Source: Felis catus (taxonomy: Eukaryota). From it: a DNA stretch of 64,000 nt. The stretch lies in NCBI RefSeq assembly GCF_018350175.1, contig NC_058368.1:190218001-190282000 (forward strand), written 5' to 3'. A model generated the notes under the pieces. The model searched no databases and was not told the DNA's origin. It was given only the letters and a program-made list of their open reading frames with translations. Position numbers and translations under genes: made by a program. Shown piece after piece: positions 1 to 13,749 of this stretch; the first letter of the stretch is position 1; each line of letters starts with the position of its first letter.

Positions 1-320
1 ACAGCGTGCAAAGTGAAAGAAGTCTGTCACAAAAGGTCACATATCATATGATTCCATTTATATGCGATGTCCAGAACAGGCAAATCCATAGGGACACAAG
101 ATAGATTAGTGGTTACCTAGAGCTGGGGCACATGGAGGGTGTAATGGGTGGCGGTGAAAGGGTTATGGGATTTCTTTTTGAAGTGAGAATGTTCTCAAGT
201 TGATTGTGGTGGTGGATACACAACTCTGTGAATATACTAACAAAAGTTGTTGAATTGTCCAATTTAAGTGGATAAATTGTATGGTAGGTAAATTGTACCT
301 AAAAAAATCTGTTACCAAAA
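1..320 (+). mobile_element. Old L1 (L1M-type) 3' UTR fragment, truncated by window edge
   Basis: Typical L1M 3' UTR motifs (GTGAAAGAAG..CACAAAAGG..CATAT..TATGATTCCATTTATATG..ATGTCCAGAA..AGGCAAATCCATAG), ending in an A-rich tail. Confidence 0.75.
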
Positions 321-559
321 AAGGCAGCTGATCAATAACAAAAAACGGCTAACGCAGCAATTCAGAGAGAGACAGAGAGAGGAGGAGGTGGAGGAAGGAG
401 AGGAGGGGGAGGAGAGGGAAGGGGGGAAATTCCTGTGAGCTTCACTCCACAGATTTGGTACATGCTACCCGCCAATCATTCCTTTCCTGCAAAGTGCAGC
501 CCAAGCCACGCTTCCTCCTTCCAGGGTCTAGGTCCAATAAAACTTTTTGTCATGACGGG

Positions 560-716
560 AATGTTCCATATCTGCACTGTCCAACACAGGAGTCACTCAC
601 ACGCTACTGAGCATGGAATGGCTGGTGCAATGGGGGAATGGAATTTTAAATTTTATTTAGTTTTAATGTAGAGAGTCCATATGGCTAATGGCTCCTGTGT
701 TAAACAGCATAGTTCT
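560..716. mobile_element. hAT-Charlie MITE relic (MER3/MER33-like)
   Basis: CTGTCCAA... start, internal GAATTTTAAATTTTATTT, ATATGGCTAATGGCT...ACAGCATAG end, similar to recalled MER3 consensus. Confidence 0.5.
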
Positions 717-2131
717 AAATTACTGCAGATCCTCCCTTCTCTAAATATCTCATCAGAAGACCCTTAGTTAAGACCCTTAACCCTTAGTTAAGCACTTAAT
801 CAGTCTCTGGGTAGTTTTTTTTCTCTCTCGGACCTGCCTTCTCAAAGAGATTAGGCTCCTAGGGGCAGGTCCAGGGTGCCAGTGACAGCAGCTGCCATTT
901 GATAAACTGGCTCTGTAACCAGAGATCTACTTGGCTCTTTACAAACAGACCTCATTTATCCTCACCGCAAACCTGAGATTCGGCATGATTTCCAAGGCGA
1001 GAGAACTGAAGGTGCCAGATGTTAAATAACTCACAGGCACATAAGGACAGGAGAGTAGAACCTTGGGTTTCTCTGCCTGGGAAGCCGGCCCTCCTGGCCT
1101 GGACGGCATGCACCTGCACCTTCCCCAGACATTCCCGTCTCCCATCCTGGCCTGGGCAGAGCTGGGCGCAGGGCAGACATGCGGCCAGTGCTTGCAAGTC
1201 TATTTGCGAAGCTCAGCTCTACAGCGGAGCATGCGTATGCATGGAGTGTGTGGTGGGACTCCCGCCCCAGGGTACAGACTGGTCTTGAAGCGTTCATCCT
1301 GCATTGCTGACACAACCATGATAATCAACCTGTCTGCAAAGGGATTTTCCCTTTGCCACTCCTGTTTAAGCAGCTTGCCCTCTTACCTTCCATTCGTGGA
1401 GGCCCTTGGCTCTCTTTTCTCTTTTCTTCCTTAAATGATAGTTCTTCCTGGCTTCCCAGCTGGTCTCCCTGCTGTCACTCTTCCCTCCCCTCCACCCCCA
1501 CCCACCTCCCATCCATTTTCCACACAGCAGCCAGAATGCTGCTGTAAAACCTCAAATCAGAACATGTCACAAGACACCCCCAGTGGCTTCCGTGGTGCTC
1601 GAGTAAAATCCACATATTCTTTTTATGTCCTACTTCCTGGCCCACAGTGCCCGGTAAGGGCCTGTCTACCTCCCCCCATCACCTTTGTCACTCGTCCCTT
1701 CTCAATCTGCAGTTTCCCTGGTTTCATTCTATTTGTTAAACATGCTGTGCTCCTACAGGCCCCAGGACCTTTACCTTTGCTGTTCCTTCCACGTGAAACC
1801 CTCTCCCTCCAATCATCACCCGCCAGCTTCTTTCTCACGATACACGCGTTCAAATGCCACTCCTGACAGCCCATCCCTAAAGCTGCACTATGTCACAGAC
1901 ACCCTGCACCCCAGAGTTATTATGTTTCAGTTTTATTTACTCACAGCACTTACTACACCCTGAAAAGGACTGAATATTGTTTACTGTCAGTCTCTCGTAC
2001 CTGAAACACACGCATGTGCTCACTAGGATGTAAATCACAGGGAGAGAGGGAGGCTTGTCTGCCTTGCTCACCAACGGGCACGTCAGGGGTGCTCCAGAAG
2101 TATTTGCTCAAAGAATGAATACCACGGCTCA

Positions 2132-2326
<195 letters not shown>

Positions 2327-3649
2327 TCACACATCCTGCCTTGCCAAGGCAGCTCTGGTTCACGTCTGTTGTCTTATTATCAGGGCCCGTCTGCACTGTC
2401 ATAGGCATCTCGTTTGGGATGATAAATGCGGTGGTCACCCTAGTGAGCAGAGGCCGGGGTAGCCCTGACTGTCGGGTATGGCTTGGAGGAACAGAACTGC
2501 CTGCCAGACACTGGCTGCAGGCAAGAAACCAGCTGGTCCTGAGAACGGAACCCTCCTTCCCTTCAATCTGTTCAGTGCCCTGGCCTCGAGCTGTACACAC
2601 GCCTACATCGATCTGCACGTTCTCCTTCCTTCAGTCTTTCCCCACTCCTACCCCAGTGGAGCCCCACCAGGTTCTAAGCAGAGAAAAATGTTCCAGCCAC
2701 TGTTCCAGATGCACCCGGGGTGAGGCCCCCTGGCCAAACTTGGCTTCATCAAGAAACCCCTTTTCTTTGCCCAGTGGTTTTCAACACATCAGTATCACAT
2801 GGCAGATGTTTTCACAGCATGCACACCCGAGACTGCTAACTGGTCAACTGAAACAAGAGTGAGCAAAAGATAAGCGCGAGGACATTCTTCACATTGTTGC
2901 TTAGAGATTCTTAAAATGGTAGCAATAAGTTAAATATCTACCAGTCAATGATTAAATGGATAAAATATGATGCATTCATACAGTATCATTATAAAGCCGC
3001 TAGAAGGAATGAGATAGATCTACGGGAACTGACATGGAAAGATTACTACCATAAACTGATGGGTGAAAAAACTTGCAGGACACGAAGTGTAATTCAATCC
3101 CATTTTTTGTCAAACAAAACACAGAACAAAACTGCGTGTGTGTTTGTGTGTCCATATATAATACAGGCATAGGGAATCTAAGAGTTCAAAGCAAACTGTT
3201 AATAAGCAGTTAACTCTGGGGGCTACGATTAAGGGGAAGAGAGAGGAATAGTTTCTGTTTACTTTACACACCTGTGGTTTGTTAACCTTGTTATAATAAT
3301 GGGGCCCATGAATTATAGGATGATGGTAATTATAGTAAATGTAATATCTGTATGAGTCAACATGAAAAAGTAATAAAGAATTAGGTGGAAAAAGCAAGAG
3401 GCAGGACAATACAAATACAAAACACACTTTTATAAATGATAATTTCCAAAATAATATTCATAGGGACATTTATGATATTCGAGGGAAAAGATCCACGCAG
3501 CAATGTATGCATGGTGACTATGCTTTGGTGGGAGGTGGGTCCAGGTAGTGGGGGTCAGGAGGTGGGGACATCTTGCTTTTTACTTTATCTCTTTCTGCAA
3601 TGGTCTGGGTGTCATACAGGTAGCACATACTGCTTTTGAAGTAATGGAC

Positions 3650-3827
3650 AATTTTTTAGGTTTATTTATTTATAAATAATATAAGGAGAGGCAGAGAAAG
3701 AGGGAGAGAGAGAATCCCGTGCTACGCTGTCAGCACGGAGCCTGGTGTGGGGCTCCATCCCGTGAGCGCGAGGTCATGACCTGGGCCAAAGTCGGACGCT
3801 TAACTGACTGAGCCACCCAGGTGCCCT
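3650..3827 (-). mobile_element. CAN-SINE (SINEC, tRNA-derived)
   Basis: Reverse complement of GGGCACCTGGGTGGCTCAGTCAGTTAAGCGTCCGACT head, CT-rich body, A-rich tail. Confidence 0.9.
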
Positions 3828-3843
3828 GAACTGATATTTTTTA

Positions 3844-4137
<294 letters not shown>

Positions 4138-4159
4138 TCACAGCGCCCCAGATCCTCAC

Positions 4160-4335
4160 GACTCACGGTGGTCTGGGGATCAGCAGCATCCACACAGCAC
4201 GACCTGGGAAGCTTAGTAGAAATGCAGAGAGTCTTGGGTCCCCGGCTGGGCCTATGGAATCAGCATCTGCATTTCAACCAAACTCCCAGGTGACTCCTAC
4301 TCCCAAGGTGCGCAACTGAGCTTGAGAAACCCTGG
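4160..4335. mobile_element. MER5A-like hAT-Charlie MITE
   Basis: CAGCAGCATC..ACCTGGGA..CTT..TAGAAATGCAGA..GAATCAG..TCTGCATTT..AAC..CCCAGGTGA..TTGAGAA..CCCTG. Similar relics at about 6500-6670, 39780-39945, 47125-47290, 57510-57640, 58320-58470, 59640-59795. Confidence 0.7.
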
Positions 4336-4988
4336 CCTAAATTATCCTCCTCAGACATCCAAGGGCTCTAGCAGCAGGCCACATCTTTCCAAGACGGATG
4401 GCCACCTGAGAAAGAAGAAGGCAGGTCTGTTTGTGCCAACAGCAAAAGTTGTATCAGGCATACTGTTAGCCAGAAAAAAGCAAGTAGCAAAACAGTGTGG
4501 ACGGCAGATAGGTTCAAAAACCAAACAAAGAGCAATAATTATGAAAGTATGTTGTTGTGTACTGACAAATATTTGGGTGCAATACGCCCCAAGCTGGGAA
4601 TAGCAAGCTGTCTGTGGGGCTGGATCAATGGGGGCTTTCACTTTTCGTATTATAGAGTACTCTTTGCCCTTTTATAAGAACGCTTGCTACTATTTCAGAA
4701 GCAAGAAAATGAGTAAGATAAACTTTTAAAAATAATGTACGGCAGATGGCAAAACCAATAACAGCATGGAAAACGAATCTGAAAAATACAGCGATGACTC
4801 ACCTCACCTAGCAAGTGCTAAGAGTCCTAAACTCAGGGTCCAAATTATCTGGGCTCAAATCTCAGCTTCCTCACTTGTTAGCCCTTCCCTTTGATCTTCA
4901 AGAAATCACTTAACCTAAAATTCTCCATTTAGTATCTGTTTAATGACAATGACAAAAATGACCTCTGAGAATTTTATGAGAATTCAGT

Positions 4989-4992
<4 letters not shown>

Positions 4993-5036
<44 letters not shown>
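4993..5036. repeat. (CT)n microsatellite
   Basis: Direct reading. Confidence 0.95.
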
Positions 5037-5037
<1 letters not shown>

Positions 5038-5059
5038 GGTGATCTGTAAAGGGAGGTGA

Positions 5060-5214
5060 GAGTATTACTAGGAAGAAGACAGTCTGGCAGTTTCTCAAAG
5101 AGTTAAATACAGAGTTACAATATGACTGCAATTCTATTCCTAGGTACACACAGTCAAGACAAATGAAAACATAGGTCCACACAGAAACTTTTTATTTTTT
5201 TACAGTTTATTTAT

Positions 5215-5245
<31 letters not shown>

Positions 5246-5825
5246 ACATGCCAACAGGGGAGGAGTGCAGAGAGAGGGAGAGAGAGAATCCCAAGTAGGC
5301 TCCTTACTATCAGCAAAAAGCTTGACGTGGGGCTAGGTCCCACGACCATGAGATCATGACCTGAGCAGAAATCAAGAGTCAGACACTCAACTGACTGAGC
5401 CACCCAGGCGCTCCCATATCTACACAGAAACTTGCACACTTGTTTGTGGCAGCATTGTCCTAACCATCAAGAAGGGGCAACAACCCAAATGTCCATTCAC
5501 CGATGCCTGGATAAATAAAACGTGGAAATGTGGTACAGCCACACAAGGGAACAGTGTTTGTCTATAAACAGGAGTGAAGAGCCTATCCGTGCCACAGCAC
5601 AGATCAACTCTGAAAACATCGTGCCGGCCATAGAAGGCCACATGTGTCATGACCCGTTTAGATGAAATGCTCAGAACAGACAAATCCGTAGCAAGAGAAA
5701 GTAGAGTGGTGTTTGACAGGGGCTGGGGAGAGACAGGAATTGGGAGAGACTGCTAATGGGCCTGGGGTTTCTTTTAGTGCTGCAGAAATTAAATGGTGGT
5801 GACAGTTATGTGACATTGTGAATTT
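5060..5825 (+). mobile_element. L1M 3' fragment interrupted by a CAN-SINE
   Basis: TGGCAGTTTCTCAAAGAGTTAAA..GAGTTAC..TATGAC..GCAATT..CCTAGGTA; CAACCCAAATGTCCAT; GGATAAATAAAA..GTGG. Confidence 0.75.
5191..5415 (-). mobile_element. CAN-SINE nested in L1
   Basis: SINE head and tail; direct repeat ACACAGAAACTT at 5179-5190 and 5422-5433. Confidence 0.9.
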
Positions 5826-7453
5826 TACGCTATATGACGTTCACAAAAGAAATAAAGAAGTATTACTAGACCAGCTCTCTTGTAAATGTTCCCACTGATA
5901 TGAAAATGAACCTTTACTGATTTTTTTATTCCATGTATTGCATCTATTTCATAACATCTCCCTAGCGCAAGATCAGATTTAATTTGGAGTTTATTACTTA
6001 CTGTAGTTTTGTTTTCAATAGCAAATGTCACTGACGAGTCATACTTTCAATTCTTAATTTGGAGAACTTTAAAAATCAATAACACGTTGTCCTTGAGACC
6101 AAAGAAAACCAAGATCAAGCCTGCGGGTCTGCTACTGCTCTTGCTTCAGAACAGATGTCAAAAAAGGGAAATGACAGTAACATAGGAAACATGTATTTAC
6201 TTATTAGAACCAAATTGCCCACCAGCAGGGTGAGGATTCCAACTTTCACTCACTGAGTGCTTTACTGAGCACCCGCAGGTCCCAGGCTCTGTGCTATGTG
6301 CTGGGAACAAGGCAGCAAACAAGGCTCCCTATGAATAGTTCAGGTGACCATCAACCAGACGTGTATGCCTGGAGTACAGAGGTCAGGATGCTGTGGTAGA
6401 AAGAGCCCTAAGTGGGGCCTCAGGAGACTTAAGTTCTGGTCCTGGCTCTGCTTGGGCTCACCTTTTGCCTTGAAAATGGCACCGATCTCTCATTTACAGG
6501 TAAAGGGTTGGCCTAAATCACCTGGCTGCAATTAGTCACCTGGAGAACTTTGAAATCCTGATTCCCAGGTCATGCCCCACCAGAGCTACATCATTATTCC
6601 CAGGGTAGGGGCCCAGGCACTGGTATTTTTTTTAATGCTCTCAAGGCAATTCCAGTGTGTAGCCCAGAAAAGGAAATTTGGATACAGAAAGAGATAGCAT
6701 GCATGTGCACACAAAGAGAAACCCTAACCCAGGAAATCAATGAACATTTTTGTCTCTGTGCCTTTGCTCATGCTGGTTCCATAACCTAGTGTGCCCTTCC
6801 TATCTCATCTCTCACAGAGAAACCTCTAACTATGTGGGACAGCAGAGTTGCATGGAAGGAGATCAGACTGGGAATCCTAAGACTTGAATTCCAGTTTCAA
6901 TCCTGTGATTTACTAGTTGCGGGATCATGAGCTTGTTAACTTCCCTAGGTCTGTTTTTTTCATCTCAAAAGTGAATATAAATGCTCCCTTTGCAAGTCAT
7001 AGACTGTTGTAAGGCTCCAATGATACTATATATGAGAATATCTTATACATTTTAAATCAAGTGTATGGTTAACATATGTGTGTGTGCATTTTGTGTGTGC
7101 GTGTGTGCATAGAGTATACAAGGCCTACTCAAAAGCCCCTTCCTTCATCAAGCTTTCTCTGACCCTCTCAAGGACCCTTCAAAAACAGAGAGGTTGGAAC
7201 TTCTACCGTATCATTTACCTTTAACTTTGTGCATTTCTATTTGTCTACACAGACTAATCTAGAGCACAGGTTTTGTAGACAGACAGACCTGCATTTGGCA
7301 ATGTCACTTGTTAGTGGCAGGACCTTGAGTAAGTTACTTAACTTTTCTGAATTTTAGCTTTTCCTGTTTGTAAAATGGATATTGTAATAAAACTTGTCTC
7401 ACAGAGTGGGGTGAGAACTAATTCAAACAGTGCATTTAAAATATCTGCACAGA

Positions 7454-8573
7454 GAAGACATGAACAGACATTTCTCCAAAGAAGACATACAGATGGCCAA
7501 CAGACACATGAAAAGATGCTCAACCTCACGGATCATCAAGGAAATGCAAATTAAAACCACAATGAGATATCACCTCACACCTGTCAGAATGGCTAAAATC
7601 AAAAACACAAGAAACAACAAGTGTTGGTGAAGATGTGAAGAAAAAGGAACCCTCATGGACTGTTGGTGGGAATGCAAACTGGTGCAGCCACTGTGGAAGA
7701 CAAAATCAAAAAAAGAAATACTATATGATCCAGTAATCACACTGCTGGGTATTTTCCCAAAGAATATGAGGACAATAATTCCAAAGGATATATACACCTC
7801 CATGAATTTATTGCAGCTTTTTTACAATAGCCAAAATATGGAAGCAACTTAAGTGTCCATTGATAGATGAATGGATAAAAATGTGTCATGTGTACACACA
7901 CACACAAACACACACTGACAAGGAATATTATTCAGCCATAAAAAACAAAAAGGGGCACCTGGGTGGCTCAGTCAGTTGAGCATCCCACTCTAGATTTTGG
8001 CTCAGGTCATGATTCCAGGGTCATGGGAATGAGCCCCGTGTCAGGCTCCATGCTCAGTCCCCCCGCTCTGTCCTTCCCCCGCTCTGTCCCTCCCCCCGCC
8101 CCTGCTCTGTCCCTCCCCCTGCTCTGTCCCTCCCCCGACTCATGCTTGCTCTCCCTCCCTCTCTCTAAAAACAAAATAAATCTTTAAAAAAAAAAAAAAG
8201 AACAAAATCTTGCCATTTGTAATCTTGCCATGGATGGATCTAGGGAGAATACTACTAAGTAAAATAAGTCAGAGAAAGACAAATACTGTATGATTTCACT
8301 TATTTGTGGAGTTTAAGAAATAAAACAAATGAACAAAGGAAAAAAAAAGAGAGAAGCCAAAAAAAGAGACTCGTAACTATAGAGAGCAAACTGATAGTTA
8401 GCAGAGAGGAGATGCTGGGGGGGGGGGGGCGGTGGATGAAATAGGAGAAGGAGATTAAAAGCACACATATGAGGAATGCTGGGTAATATGCGGAACTGCT
8501 GAATCACTACATTGTACACTTGAAACTAATATAACACCGTATGTTATCTACACTGGAATTTAAAAAATGTAAA
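7454..8573 (+). mobile_element. 5'-truncated carnivore L1 (ORF2 C-terminus plus 3' UTR), inserted in a MIR
   Basis: ORF 7430..7630 gives [38 protein letters not shown] (L1 ORF2p C-terminus); perfect 17-bp TSD TAAAATATCTGCACAGA at 7437-7453 and 8574-8590. Confidence 0.92.
7951..8199 (+). mobile_element. CAN-SINE nested in L1, with internal tandem amplification of CCCGCTCTGTCCCT units
   Basis: GGGGCACCTGGGTGGCTCAGTCAGTTGAGCATCC head, poly(A) tail. Confidence 0.9.
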
Positions 8574-8986
8574 TAAAATATCTGCACAGAAAGTGTTCAA
8601 TAAATGGTAAACTTGTCTATTTCCCACTTGCCTCATTGAGAATCAAGACTGGCCCCTCTCTGACCTTGCATATCCCCTCATTTAGCACAGTCTCTGCAGG
8701 TACCAGGTGCACAGTATTTGTTGCACGAATGGGGCTGGGTATGGTCAGGCAAGACTTTTAGCATATAACTGATACAGTGAGAGAGGTCCATTGAGCTGCA
8801 TGAGGATTCTGGAATTCTTCAAATTCTGGTGCTGTGTTAGAATAAAATCAATGAAAGCCCAAGAGGGAAGTGAGTGATCCCTCACAGATGGGTCACATAC
8901 GGACCCATCAGACCATTGATGCCGCTTGTGAATGATTTAGGCCACCACCTTCCTTGAGTCAATAATATGTTATTCTACAGACACCA

Positions 8987-8998
8987 TCTCTCTCTCTC

Positions 8999-9034
<36 letters not shown>
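8987..9034. repeat. (CT)n microsatellite, one interruption
   Basis: Direct reading. Confidence 0.9.
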
Positions 9035-9038
<4 letters not shown>

Positions 9039-9204
9039 GAGAAACCTTTTGCTTTGGTCAAGAGACAAATTGCCACACAGCCAGTAATCTATAAAGTATA
9101 AGGTAAGGCAAGATCTAATGATATGCTAATTCAAAAAGCTACAGAAGTTCAGGGATGGAGTGGGATCAAATTGGGCCCTCCTGTGGGTAGAATTTGCACG
9201 GTTA

Positions 9205-9453
<249 letters not shown>

Positions 9454-10808
9454 TTAGAGGAAGAAACATTTGTTGGTTGGAAAACAAGTCCAAGGCGGCT
9501 GGGTGTCCAGGGAACCCCACCGCCAAAAAATGCCACCAGACTCTGTGGAAACCTATCTCTACACCATGCTTTGATCTTCCCCTGAGAAAATCCAACTCTG
9601 ACTCACACTGGGCAGGAGCTGGCTAAACAGGGCCCGGATCTGCTTCTTCCCATTGGTAGTTAACCAGATTCACCCAGCTGAGGCTTGGAAGCAAATGCTT
9701 AAACTACATAATCCTAAAGAGCTGTGAAAAGTTAAGATGCGCATTGTTTTCATCCAGCAGTTGCCAAAATAGTTACCTGAGGCTGCAGATACGCACGTAC
9801 AAGGATAATAACTGCAACATTTTTTTTTCTGATAGAAAAAACTGGAAACCACCCCAACATCCATTAACATCAAAAGGCTAAATCAATAATAGTATATCTG
9901 TACGATGCACTTATAAGTACTATGTGGTGGTTAAAAACAAAATGATAGCATTGTAGTACTGTTATGGAAAAGTATCCATAATAGATTTCAAGTTCAAAAA
10001 GCCAAACCACAGAGCAATTATCTACAGTATGGTTCCCTTTTGGTTAAAAACATCTAGATCTATACATAATATGTACTTATAAGTATAGTAAAAAGGGCTG
10101 TGTGTGTGTATAGTCATAGAGGGAAATTTTTATTTGTTATACTTTTCTGTATTGCTTGTAATAAAAAGATATGCACATAATTAAAAATTTAACCTGGGTT
10201 AGAAGACGTGAACGAGCCAAGTTTGTAACTTGAACCTTTAGGAATGTGCTTGATAAAATCTAACTACTGAATGAAATTACAAATATATTATGCATTCATA
10301 TTTAGTCTCATTTAGCAGCCTCAGAACTTAGAAAAGGTCAAACACAGCTGAAAATTTTATATTAACTTGTTCTTTCCTAACGTGGCATACTCGCCCAGCA
10401 TGCCCAGACAAGGGGCTATTTGCAAGGCTCACTCTGGCTCCCCTGATGCCCTTCCAGTCACACCCTGGGGGGTTACGGTTTTGAACAATCTGATACAGTT
10501 TATCTCAAGCTCCCCTCTCTCAGGCAAAAGCAAACAATGGTGAGCGACTTCCCTGAGCCATTAGCTGCTGTGGGGAGCTGAAGAGCTCTTCTCACATACA
10601 TGAAGGAAAAGTAATTACCCAGGCAGGCTCTAGAGGTTTCTAAATTGTAATATTTAATTCATGAGATCAGAGCTGCCAAAACCTTGGTTGATGCTGCAGC
10701 AAGAACAGCCGGGAAGGTATTTGGGGTCAGAGCAGATCAACAAGCCTTCCCTGGGGAGGAGAAATAGTCCTGGTATTCGTTTACTAGCTAATCTATTCCT
10801 CATACTCA

Positions 10809-11255
<447 letters not shown>

Positions 11256-12986
11256 CTACCTCTTCACAAGGTGCCTGCAACCCGTGCCTGATATTTGAGG
11301 ATCTCTTTACAGTTTACAGGGTACTTTTTTATGTCTATTGTCTGGACTAAGCCTCACCACAACCCTCTGTGGTCAACATGGCAGGTGGTAAGGCAGCCAC
11401 GTGACTGATGAAGAAACAAGACTCAGAGCAACTATATGTAGCACCCACACAACCACGCTAAGGGCAAAGGGCCTCACATAGTGCCTGATGCTAGACGTGG
11501 GCCTCGGCCAGCCCCCAGCTCTGGTCTTCGGGAGGATATGTATCCGTTTCACTCCTAAATAACCACACAGCACAAATACCCATGAGGGAAACAGCCATGA
11601 TTATCAACCTGAATCCAGGGCCTAGGTTTTACAAGCTCATTAAGCTGGGACTACAAGAATTCAGACTCCAGCGAATTTAACCTTACTTGCAAACACAAAG
11701 AGCCATGGTCTTCCTTGGCCTGGGGATGTTTTGTGAGGCACACCAAACAAAAAGCCCTAAACGGACATTTCCGTGTCTTGGGCCCTGGCAGAGCTCACTG
11801 GCTTTGATGAGAGCTTCACAAGGCAGTGCAGCTGATGGGGATCTGAACAACACAGTTACCCAACTCGAGCTAACTACTATTTTAAGAACTCAGCACCCAG
11901 CAAACAGAATACTCATTTTTTAAAAGCATACGTAAAACACTGATAAAAAAAAGATCATGACTTAGGCTATAAAATAGGTTCTCATGAGTTTCCCCAAACA
12001 TGATGTCTTAGACGTCACATTCACTGAGTAGAGTGCAATACAATTAGAAATCGATAAGGCAAATCATAGCCAAAAACCCTCTCATACCTATGATAATTTA
12101 TAAAAACATACTTCCAGGCTACTCATACCTAAAAAGGAATTCAAATAGAACCATACAACATTTAGAATTGAGCATAAATAAATGCCTTAAATGCATTTAG
12201 TAGAAAATAAAACAGTGAAACTAAAAGAACCTAATTTTCACTCCAAAATCTAAAGAAAGAATAAAAATCAACCCAAAGAAATGAGAATGCCGGGACCACT
12301 CATTACAAAAGCAGAAATAAAAGAAGCAAAGTACAGAGCAAACCAAAACTGAGTAGACCATATGAATAAAAGTCTAAAGACTGAGTTTACTAAGAAGGTT
12401 CATATTAATAATGAGCTGACCCTTTAGCACACTTGAAAGGGAAAACAAAGAGAAAGCCCACTGTGTTGATAGGCTTGCAGCCCTCCCTTTCCCTCCCCAG
12501 TCCCAGGCAAGTGTGAGTGGGGCTTAGGGGCTGGAAGTTCATTAGGAAATGAACTGTCCGAGACCAGGGCAGAAAGGACCACCCACATGACAGGGGCGGC
12601 GGTCCAGGGGCTGTGAGAGGCTGACCAGCTGCAGAGTGTAACCAAGGGCGTGCTGCCCCACACTGGCGTCTCCTTCAGGCCCACAGCTGGGGGAGCAGGT
12701 CAGGGCTGAGCAGCTACGCAAGCTTCCATTTCACTGAGTTTTCTAACACACCGCCCTGCCGTGCAGGCTGGCAGCAGCGAAGGCCACATCCAGTGAGGGC
12801 ACAGGGAGCTCAGATGTGACTTGCCCTCTGTCCTCTGGAGGCGTTTGGCCTCATGAGGTTGGTTTCAGGTCCTCTCCATACTTACGCTTCTTCCTATTCT
12901 CTCCCCTGAATTCTAAGTGTGGCATTCACAGCAAACCATTTGCCAATCCACATGCAAAAAATTGTCTTCTTTCTTACATTAGTATT

Positions 12987-13195
12987 TTTTTTTTTAGTTT
13001 ATTTATTTTGAGAGAGAGAGCATGTGTGCCCATGAGAGCACGAGCAGGGGAGACGCAGGGAGAGAAGGAGAGAGAGAGAAATCCCAAGCAGACTATAGAG
13101 TCCAGCATGGGGCTCAAGCTCACGAACCATGAGATCAAGGCCTGAGCTGAAATCTAGAGTCAGACGCTTAACCGACTAAGCCACCCAGGTGCCCC
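12987..13195 (-). mobile_element. CAN-SINE
   Basis: Perfect 15-bp TSD TCTTACATTAGTATT at 12972-12986 and 13196-13210. Confidence 0.93.
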
Positions 13196-13294
13196 TCTTA
13201 CATTAGTATTAAGTTCATTTTATAGGAGGGATTAATAACTTTATAGAGAATAGTGATCTACAAGTTCCAAAGCCCTAATAATTCTCTTCACTCA

Positions 13295-13333
<39 letters not shown>
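13295..13333. repeat. (AAT)n microsatellite at the end of a MIR
   Basis: Direct reading; followed by MIR-like CCCATTTTACAGA..GAAGCTCAGA. Confidence 0.9.
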
Positions 13334-13334
<1 letters not shown>

Positions 13335-13749
13335 TTTTTTTAGCCCTTACTCTCTGCCAAGCACTCCACTATTTGAATCTTGCATCAACCCTATAAAAGT
13401 AGGTGCTATGATTATTCCCATTTTACAGAAGAGTCAAAAGAAGCTCAGAATTTAAGTAATTTCACAAGGTCAAGTGCTGGTGAGTGTGGAGCTGGGGTTG
13501 GAACCCAGGTTTCTCCAGCTCCAGATTTTGTGCTGCCTTCCAAGTGCTCAGACTTAACACTGCAAGGCTACTCATCCTGATGAAGATCGATCTCACACCA
13601 GCCTCTGTGCTTGATCTTTTCAAACACTATGCCTCAGTGGTTCTGGGTTCCGCTTGTGCCAAAGAACTGAAGGAACAGCTTCTTAATAATAAAATGCCTG
13701 GGCTCCATCCCTAGGACCTGAAAGATGGTCTTAAAAAAAAATAGCCCTA

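Noticed and set aside
7951..8020. tRNA-like A/B-box sequences in SINE heads
   Set aside because: tRNA-derived SINE heads with no cloverleaf or acceptor stem; no genuine tRNA gene seen
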